29,365 bases of DNA from Oopsacas minuta (Eukaryota; Animalia; Porifera). The position numbers and the translations under genes were made by a program. Below the pieces are notes generated by a model. The model saw only the letters and a list, made by a program, of their open reading frames with translations, searched no databases and had not been told where the DNA came from. Numbering within the stretch: the stretch's first letter is position 1; each line of letters starts with the position of its first letter. Of this stretch, positions 21,230 through 29,365 are shown piece after piece. Location: NCBI GenBank assembly GCA_024704765.1, contig JAKMXF010000067.1, positions 1-29,365 of the forward strand, given 5' to 3'.

Positions 21230-21485
21230 ATTGATTAAGGAAAGTTAGTTTTAGAAAATCTCCTGAGCATACTAATATATGTTGGATGTGATACATTGGT
21301 CCAGGCTGAAACGGGGACCGGACCGCTGGGACTCAATACACCAATGATCCAAACTATCGCATCAAGACAGTTGTATCTGACAGGTCCTTTGGGTGGGCAA
21401 TTTGGCCTGGAGTTCATGCTCAAATGGCCTCCAAAAATCTATATTTTATCAAATACTCATCACTGAACACAATATTTAGGTAATA

Positions 21486-21624
21486 CAGTCAGGAGACAAA
21501 AGTATTCGAACACACAAATATATTGTAATAAATTGTATACTCTTTCCCGCTCCTATATATTGTGTAGTCTATATTCGTAGCTGCTATCTAGTAATTTGTA
21601 TAGAATAACATATGTTTTTCAAGA
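21486..21624 (+). mobile_element. Tc1-like element terminus, cut by the single-N join 21625
   Basis: TA|CAGTCAGGAGACAAAAGTATTCGAACAC. About 3 mismatches versus the reverse complement of 14100-14238. Confidence 0.6.
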
Positions 21625-21625
21625 N

Positions 21626-21904
21626 ATAGTATAACGGATATACAAACATACTTTAGATGCTATATTGGCCTGAATGATATACTTGTAGATGCTGGTACTG
21701 ATGGTAGTGCATTTGTGTGGGTAGATGGCAACACAAGTACATATAGGAACTTCGGTACATCAGGAGCGACATACCCTGCAGATACAGCTGACTATGATTG
21801 TGTTAGTTTCAGATATAAACCAGGAGGTGCTGGTCCTATATCAAATGGATGGATTAATCATTTTTGTAATATTCTAATAGATTGTCACTTCTGCACAAAA
21901 CCAG
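21626..21904 (+). CDS. C-type lectin exon, type A (A1; 5' part lost at the N join)
   Basis: RCYIGLND...FVWVDG...DCVSFRY...WIN..C....CHFCTKP G|gtaac. Confidence 0.9.
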
Positions 21905-21929
21905 GTAACAACATATTTGTACATTTTAT

Positions 21930-22463
21930 CAGGGGCGTAGATCCCGGGGGGATGCTCTATGTAATCATCCCCCTACTTTGAACTTTTGAGATACGTCTAC
22001 ATTATTTTTTCTCTCAAATCTTTTGAGTTTCAACAGATTATCCTCTTGTTATATTCAAATTTCACTGTTCTCGAGTTTTTTTCAAAGATATGAATCTGAG
22101 ATGTCATTCTCTATTCCTACTCATTGAAATATATGCTATAATCCGGATAAATGTATACTTGTAAATAATCTCTATCGTGCTTATTAATAATTCGCACTCA
22201 TAGAGTCTCTTCGAATAATTTATACTTTAATCTAGATATATTAAAACAATAGGTTCTAGGTTCTTTTCAGACTACCAAGTATAAAGTATACTATATATAC
22301 TATGGTCTATGTTCTCTGCTGTTTTTATTATTCTATAACTACCTTTTTGTCGTTTAGGAAGTTTAATGACTACGATTATGGCATATTCATATTTGTCATA
22401 TGTAGAAAAGTGCATTTTTAAATTCTCTATCTCCCCCCAGAAAATTACGGATCTACGCTTCTG
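21930..22463. mobile_element. hAT-type MITE in the A1-B1 intron, with 8-bp TSD CATTTTAT
   Basis: TIR CAGGGGCGTAGATCC / GGATCTACGCTTCTG (13/15). CATTTTAT at 21922-21929 and 22464-22471. Confidence 0.9.
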
Positions 22464-22613
22464 CATTTTATGCAAAATACAACTATAATATGACCTTTAT
22501 ACAACAATATATATGGTATAAGAATACATTGGGTACCTGAGAATGACCATAAATCATGTATCTAAAGTTTGTACATAGAATTGAAGCTATAAATATGTTT
22601 TGTTTACCTATAG

Positions 22614-23009
22614 CAACACCCAATGTATGTGATCTCATCTATGAAGGATCATGTTATCGAGTATTTGAAGTGAGTACTGGAATCAACTGGTTAGATGCTC
22701 AATCTAGTTGTGCTGTATGGGGTGGTGACTTGACTAGTATTGCCACACAGAGAGAGAATAACTACTTATACACTATTATAATGAGTAATAATTGTTGGAT
22801 AGGATTGAATGATAGGAGTGTAGAGGGAACATATACTTGGTCTGATGATACAACAGTTAGTTATGCAAACTGGACAAATCTCCCAACTACTGCTGGTAAT
22901 TGTATTGAGATTAACACAGATGGAGGTGTTAGTTGGGAAACTGTGAACTGTGAGGATAATCTAAACACTTTTGTATGCAAAAGAGCATCAACTAGTACTG
23001 TAACAATAG
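22614..23009 (+). CDS. C-type lectin exon, type B (B1)
   Basis: 396 bp, open, phase 1-1. Long-form CTLD CDLIY.GSCY...CAVWGG...CWIGLND...C.EI...WE..NC...FVCK. Confidence 0.93.
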
Positions 23010-23079
23010 GTTTGTAATTATATACTACGGATGTATATATATTCTTTGAATTTTTCATATTAATAATATCCACTCTCAG

Positions 23080-23376
23080 TTGATAGATTTGGAGAACTCA
23101 CCAACGAAAGATTTGACTTCCAACTGCTTAACTCAAATACTTTCTTGTTCACTTCACTTACATTAGCTTGTGGAGGAGTAGAGAGTAATGTTATCGTATG
23201 GAATTTTTCAGAAGACTCAGATCTATCAAACAGTGTAAGTATGATAGCAACGTATAGTAGTACAGAAACTGGATTAAGTTGGTTAGTAGTTAATATTACC
23301 AGACAAGGATATTATCAGTGTCAAACCAGTACATCATCTTATATAATTGGTTTGTATGATCCATCTTTAACAACAG
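23080..23376 (+). CDS. Ig-like exon (C1)
   Basis: 297 bp, open, phase 1-1. TLAC...IVW...L.VNITRQGYYQC. Confidence 0.9.
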
Positions 23377-23432
23377 GTGAGTAGATCGTTAATTGATATT
23401 TCTGAAATATTTTCCACTATCTTTCCCTCTAG

Positions 23433-23663
23433 TTGCGGTTGAAGAAGAAACATACATATATATAGTAGGAGTAGATAGTGAAGATATATTACTATTGTGT
23501 GATCCTACTGAGATTGGTAGCTTGAGTGCAATTATGTGGGATAGCGTGTATAATAACCCAATCAACATAAATAATGTGAGTGCTACATTACCAACAGAGT
23601 CTAGAGCATTCAGCTGTATGAGAGATACAGCTACTATCGTTATGATCTATCTTTCGGTGACAG
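23433..23663 (+). CDS. Ig-like exon (D1)
   Basis: 231 bp, open, phase 1-1. LLLCDP...MW...FSC. Confidence 0.87.
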
Positions 23664-23728
23664 GTATTCGATCAATATTTATTGTACAATTTACAAACTG
23701 ATTCATTCATCATTTTTCATATATATAG

Positions 23729-24022
23729 TTCCTGAAATATCCGTTTTCTATGGTCAATTCTTGGCTGAAAGCTTTTCATCAACTTATCCATCTACGAATA
23801 AGATTGCTATACCATTAGAATCAATAGATATTTCTATGTTCATCAACCTAATTGGAAAATGGAATATTCCAGGAGATATGAACAGTACTGACTCAACGAT
23901 AGATATTGCTGAATTTATGGAAGAAAACGCTGGATTATACACGTTCTATACTGATAACAACTGGAATCAAGAAGAAGCAATAGTTATGCAGATTAACATT
24001 ACATCTGCACCTCCTCGACCAG
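23729..24022 (+). CDS. Ig-like exon (E1)
   Basis: 294 bp, open, phase 1-1. GKWNIPG...I.EF.EENAGLY.FY. Confidence 0.87.
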
Positions 24023-24192
24023 GTATATACTTCTGAGGATAAATTATTATGTATTACGAAAGTAAGAAAACTCGTTGTGTATTCTTGAAGATCTTATGGA
24101 ATATATTCGGCCATGAGATGGATAACTATATAATATTTATAAGGAATCTGATAATAGAATAGTTTGAAAAGTAATTATTCTTGAATCTTTAG

Positions 24193-24636
24193 GTTTAATC
24201 CCAGATGAAGAATTTACATATGGTGGTACTTCTTTCGGATTAATCTCGAAGTCAACTGGATTAGACTGGTTAAGTGCTCAACTGAATTGTAATAACTGGG
24301 GTACTAGAGGAAATCTTGTTACTATAAAGTCAGCAGTAGAAGATAGCTTACTGTTATATAGTAGTACAGATATAAATACATACTTTGGATGTTGGATAGG
24401 TCTAAATGATATAGAAAATGATGCTGGTACTAATGCTAGTGCATTTGTTTGGGTAGATGGTAGTAGCAGTACTTATAGGAACTTCGATTCACAAATTGGA
24501 ATAAATCCCGGAGATGGAAATTCAGCATGGGACTGTGTTAGATTCAGATACAGGAATGGAGTAGGAGAATTATCAACCGATTGGATTAATCGAGGTTGTG
24601 GTGACATGAGAAATTGTTACTTCTGCAATCAACCAG
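24193..24636 (+). CDS. C-type lectin exon, type A (A2); missed by the ORF track
   Basis: 444 bp, open, phase 1-1. DWLSAQLNCNNWGTRGNLVTIKS...GCWIGLND...FVWVDG...WDCVRFRY...WINRGC...CYFC. Confidence 0.92.
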
Positions 24637-24692
24637 GTAAGTTATCATTACATGTAGTTGTTTATGAAAATAATGAATTTGTTTGATTCCAG

Positions 24693-25036
24693 CAAAACCC
24701 AGTGAATGTGATCTGATCTATAATGGATCTTGCTATCGATTGTTTGAAGTGAGTGATGGAATCAACTGGTTAAATGCTCAATCTACTTGTGCTGTATGGG
24801 GTGGTGACTTGACTAGTATTACTACAGAGAGAGAGAATAATTACTTATACACTATTATCCCTGATACAGTGAGTAATTGCTGGATAGGATTGAATGATAG
24901 AGATGGAGAGGGAACATATACCTGGACTGATGGTTCAGTATATAGTCATACAAACTGGACAGGGAGTGAACCATCTAATAGTAATGAAGATTGTGTTGAC
25001 ATAATAAGAGCTGGAGAGGGTAGTTGGGGGAATGTG
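24693..25036 (+). CDS. C-type lectin exon, type B (B2; 3' end lost in the gap)
   Basis: CDLIYNGSCY...CAVWGG...CWIGLND...EPSNSNEDCVDI. Confidence 0.92.
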
Positions 25037-25900
25037 NNNNNNNNNNNNNNNNNNNNNNNNNNNNNNNNNNNNNNNNNNNNNNNNNNNNNNNNNNNNNNNN
25101 NNNNNNNNNNNNNNNNNNNNNNNNNNNNNNNNNNNNNNNNNNNNNNNNNNNNNNNNNNNNNNNNNNNNNNNNNNNNNNNNNNNNNNNNNNNNNNNNNNNN
25201 NNNNNNNNNNNNNNNNNNNNNNNNNNNNNNNNNNNNNNNNNNNNNNNNNNNNNNNNNNNNNNNNNNNNNNNNNNNNNNNNNNNNNNNNNNNNNNNNNNNN
25301 NNNNNNNNNNNNNNNNNNNNNNNNNNNNNNNNNNNNNNNNNNNNNNNNNNNNNNNNNNNNNNNNNNNNNNNNNNNNNNNNNNNNNNNNNNNNNNNNNNNN
25401 NNNNNNNNNNNNNNNNNNNNNNNNNNNNNNNNNNNNNNNNNNNNNNNNNNNNNNNNNNNNNNNNNNNNNNNNNNNNNNNNNNNNNNNNNNNNNNNNNNNN
25501 NNNNNNNNNNNNNNNNNNNNNNNNNNNNNNNNNNNNNNNNNNNNNNNNNNNNNNNNNNNNNNNNNNNNNNNNNNNNNNNNNNNNNNNNNNNNNNNNNNNN
25601 NNNNNNNNNNNNNNNNNNNNNNNNNNNNNNNNNNNNNNNNNNNNNNNNNNNNNNNNNNNNNNNNNNNNNNNNNNNNNNNNNNNNNNNNNNNNNNNNNNNN
25701 NNNNNNNNNNNNNNNNNNNNNNNNNNNNNNNNNNNNNNNNNNNNNNNNNNNNNNNNNNNNNNNNNNNNNNNNNNNNNNNNNNNNNNNNNNNNNNNNNNNN
25801 NNNNNNNNNNNNNNNNNNNNNNNNNNNNNNNNNNNNNNNNNNNNNNNNNNNNNNNNNNNNNNNNNNNNNNNNNNNNNNNNNNNNNNNNNNNNNNNNNNNN
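25037..25900. other. Assembly gap (864 N)
   Basis: Run of N. Confidence 1.
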
Positions 25901-25988
25901 CGGTTCTGTTAAACAATTTAGTATAGAATTAGCTAGTCAATATAGCAACGTATAAATTCAATAACATGTTTTTTATCTCTTTCTTAAG

Positions 25989-26423
25989 CACAAACTCCTA
26001 ATATTTCTCTAACATATGATGATACAACATTTGGATACTTCATAGCGGGCCCAATAAATTGGACAAATGCCGAATTAGAATGCAATAACTGGGGAGGAAA
26101 TCTTGCTACAATTAAGTCAGCAAAGGAAGATAGCTTATTGTTCTATAGCATAACAGATATATATACTGCTTTTTCATGTTATATTGGTCTAAATGATATA
26201 GATGTAGAGGCTGGTACTGATACTAGTGAATTTGTATGGGTGGATGGTAGTAACAGTATTTATAGGAACTTCCAATCAAACTTTGGAAAAGAAAGCCCCT
26301 CAGGAGTTGCTGATTATGATTGTGTTAGATTCAGATATAGTAATGGACCAGGAATATTATCAACTGGTTGGCTTAATAGACGTTGTTCCGCTACTAGGTC
26401 TTGTTACTTCTGCAGTAAACCAG
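25989..26423 (+). CDS. C-type lectin exon, type A (A3)
   Basis: 435 bp, open, phase 1-1. Closest paralog of 761-1195. Confidence 0.92.
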
Positions 26424-26997
26424 GTAAGTGATTGTAGTAAAAAATAAGCCCAAAAACTTGAAATAAATATTACGGTGACCAGCATGTTTAGGTCTAAATC
26501 TTGGAGCATTGCACATTAAAATTCCTGGGCCTTTCCTAGACATTATATTAATTATTCTTTGAGAAGCATTTATATAAAAATATAAATGGATGTTCAATTT
26601 TGTAATAGAAATAGCGTGAGACCACATTTAACATTGCAAAGTTGCTACTGGTGTTGGTAACCAGTTTAAGAATTATGTTAATATTTCGGGAAAGATAAAG
26701 ACATAGCTATGTGATAGCAAGATTATATATTAGCTGCATGCAGGTTCTAAAAATGAGATATAATGCAATCGTACTTCAGGGGGGTTGATCTCTAATCATA
26801 TAATTTTAATATCCGAATATTCAAAATAATAATCTCGAGAATCCTGGACTGCTGTATTAAATCCTGGGTAATGGTCACACAAAAATATTACAGATAAGAA
26901 ACACTGAAAGAAATAGAATAAAATGTATTTTGTTCCTTTCAAATTACTAAACTGTTGAAAATACTTTTATTCAATTTTTAGTAACGTTATTCGATAG

Positions 26998-27405
26998 GTG
27001 ACTCACAAGGATGTGATCTGATTTATGATGGATTTTGCTATCGATTATTCGAAGTGAGTACTGCAATCAACTGGTTAGATGCGCAATCTAGTTGTGCTGT
27101 ATGGAGTGGTGACTTGACTAGTATTACTACAGAGAGAGAGAATAATTACTTATACACTATTATCCCTGATACAGTGAGTAATTGCTGGATAGGATTGAAT
27201 GATAGAGATAACAATGATGGAACGTACACGTGGATTGATGATTCAACATCTACTTTTACAAACTGGGGAGGTAGTACACCGAATGCTGGCAATGCTGATT
27301 GTGTTGACATAATAAGAACTGGGATAGGTAGTTGGGAAACTGTGGACTGTGAAACAACAATGATAAATGCTTTTCTATGCAAAAGACCTTCATCTATAAC
27401 AACAG
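26998..27405 (+). CDS. C-type lectin exon, type B (B3)
   Basis: 408 bp, open, phase 1-1, with CTLD motifs. Confidence 0.92.
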
Positions 27406-27520
27406 GTCAGTATAATAGGAATCCTACAATACAATATAAATAAGATCGTATTGGCCTCTATCTGCATAAATCACATAGTAGATTCCACAATACATATATT
27501 CATATTGTCCATTCGTTTAG

Positions 27521-27811
27521 TTCCAGAAATAACAATCCAAATTGATAACATCAGTGTTAGTAAATTCACGGATGTCTGTCCAACTATGAATGAGTTTGCT
27601 ATCCCATTATTAACACAAGATATTACTCTCTCTACTAATATTATTGGATACTGGACTGTTCTTGGAATTGCAAAACCTACTGGATCTACTACAGCAATTG
27701 AGAATTTCATGGAAGTAAATACTGGGCTATACCAATTCTATATTAACAACAGGGCTGGGGTTGATGTGTGTGCTATACAGGTTACTCTTATATCTTCACC
27801 AGCTATTACAG
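27521..27811 (+). CDS. Ig-like exon (E2), following B3 directly
   Basis: 291 bp, open, phase 1-1. VPEI...IG.W...IENF.E.NTGLY.FY. Confidence 0.87.
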
Positions 27812-27897
27812 GTAATAGTTACTTGATATATGTAATAATTTATTACTTATGGAAATCAAAATTTGATGATAAATATAATAATAATCTTGTTTGTTAG

Positions 27898-28329
27898 CAA
27901 TGAACCCAGAAGAAGAATTTATATTAGATGATACTACTTTTGGATATTTTAATATTTCCTCCGGGATCAACTGGATAACTGCACAACTCAATTGCATCAA
28001 TTGGGGAGGAAATCTTGCTACAATCAAGTCAGCAGAAGAAGATAGCTTACTGTTCTATAGTAGTACAGATATAAATACATACTTTTCATGTTGGATAGGT
28101 CTAAATGATATAGAAAATGATGCTGGCACTGATGCCAATGCATTTGTATGGGTAGATGGTAGTAGCAGTACTTATAGGAACTTTGGTACACTTGGACAAT
28201 CATATCCTGTAGCAACAGCCACTTCGGACTGTGTCAGAAACAGATATAAATCTACTGGTGAATTATCAACCGGTTGGGCAAATCAAGCATGCTCTGATAC
28301 TACAAATTGTTACTTCTGCAGTAAACAAG
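27898..28329 (+). CDS. C-type lectin exon, type A (A4)
   Basis: 432 bp, open, phase 1-1, with CTLD motifs. Confidence 0.92.
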
Positions 28330-28413
28330 GTTATTGATATATATCAAAAAGTCTTATTACTTATTAGTAACTATAACAGTATTTTCTGGTATTTCATGTT
28401 CAAAAATTTGTAG

Positions 28414-28818
28414 TTAACTCACAAGGATGTGATCTGATCTATAATGGATTTTGCTATCGAGTCTTCGAAGTGAGTGATGCTATCAACTGGTTAGATGCAC
28501 AATCTAGTTGTGCTATATGGGGTGGTGATTTGACCAGTATTACTACTGAGAGAGATAATACTTACTTATACACTATTATCCCTGATACAGTGAGTAATTG
28601 CTGGATAGGATTGAATGCTAGAGATAATAACGATGGAACATATATCTGGATTGATGATTTAGTATCTACTTATACTAATTGGCTAAGTAGCCCACCGAAT
28701 GCGGGCAATGAAGATTGTGTAGAAATAACAAGTGCTGGAGGAGGTAGTTGGGAAACCGTGGACTGTGAAACAACGATAAATGCTTTTCTATGTAAAAGAA
28801 ATTCATCTGTAGCTATAG
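28414..28818 (+). CDS. C-type lectin exon, type B (B4)
   Basis: 405 bp, open, phase 1-1, with CTLD motifs. Confidence 0.92.
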
Positions 28819-28880
28819 GTCAGTAAATTATTTATGCTATGAACGCTAGTAATTTGATATAGCATATGTATATGTTTTAG

Positions 28881-29177
28881 TTGGAGGATTTGGACAACTT
28901 ACTAATGGAAGATTAGACTTTGTAACAATTAGTGAAAACACATTTTTGTTCACCCCACATACATTAGCTTATGGAGGAGAAGAGAATATAGCCATTACAT
29001 GGCTATTTTCAGAGAATTCAGATCTATCATCTAGTCAACCAGAAACGCCAACCTATGAGAATATGGAAGCTGGATGGAGCTGGTTAGCAGTTGATATTAC
29101 CAAACAAGGTTACTATCAGTGCGAGGTCAATTCATTAACTTATACGATTGGATTGTATGATCCATCCTTAACAACAG
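28881..29177 (+). CDS. Ig-like exon (C2)
   Basis: 297 bp, open, phase 1-1. The first Ig Cys is replaced by Tyr (TLAYGG). Confidence 0.9.
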
Positions 29178-29245
29178 GTAAGTAGATCACTTTAATATAT
29201 TTTAATATATTTTACAGTCTTGATAACACCAACTTATCTATCTAG

Positions 29246-29257
29246 TTGCGGTTGAAG
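29246..29257 (+). CDS. Start of an Ig-like exon (D2), cut by adapter sequence
   Basis: ctag|TTGCGGTTGAAG, identical to the start of D1 at 23433. Confidence 0.7.
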
Positions 29258-29276
29258 AGATGTGTATAAGAGACAG
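29258..29276 (+). other. Tn5 mosaic end / Nextera junction adapter (library artefact)
   Basis: Exact AGATGTGTATAAGAGACAG. Homology with D1 stops here and the downstream 89 bp are unrelated. Confidence 0.97.
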
Positions 29277-29365
29277 ATCCAGCATGGTTCCATTTTCGAT
29301 CCCATTCGATGTATTTGCTTACTGTTTTTTATGTACACACTTGCGCCAGGTGATAACACTTTACT

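Noticed and set aside
24683-25955. ORFs of 300-409 aa over the second gap
   Set aside because: N-gap artefacts; only 24693-25036 is real coding sequence.
9261-28215. Numerous short antisense or alternative-frame ORFs (e.g. 9261-9698, 10842-11156, 17644-17895, 18483-18734, 27146-27382, 28024-28215)
   Set aside because: Shadows of the real coding exons with no domain signal.
1-29365. CRISPR arrays, rRNA, tRNA and prokaryotic operons
   Set aside because: None seen. The repeats are exon paralogs and TE ends in a spliced eukaryotic locus.

Overview
AT-rich eukaryotic (animal) draft-scaffold window with short GT-AG introns. The gene content and compact introns resemble a sponge genome (inference). 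It is at least 7 contigs joined by two N-gaps (12959-13903, 25037-25900) and four single-N joins (7039, 10212, 18183, 21625). A Nextera/Tn5 adapter is assembled in at 29258-29276. The window is dominated by a cluster of paralogous modular receptor genes built from symmetric phase-1 exons: signal peptide, repeated pairs of C-type lectin domains (types A and B) and Ig-like domains. In the one copy whose 3' part is visible these are followed by a TM helix, an array of tyrosine motifs (ITAM-like, NPxY, YxxM) and a single PTP-fold domain with degenerate catalytic motifs (HCEDGISKTG). The PTP domain is split across mis-ordered or mis-oriented contigs and can be rejoined in frame through a 9-bp overlap. 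Also present: a truncated intronless signal peptide-LRR-EGF receptor gene, a frameshifted NHL-repeat gene, a fossil Ig-TM paralog interrupted by a CR1/L2-type LINE and a Helentron-like element, a decayed Ulp1-like protease, and several MITEs or TE ends (hAT-type with 8-bp TSD, Tc1/pogo-type with TA TSD).
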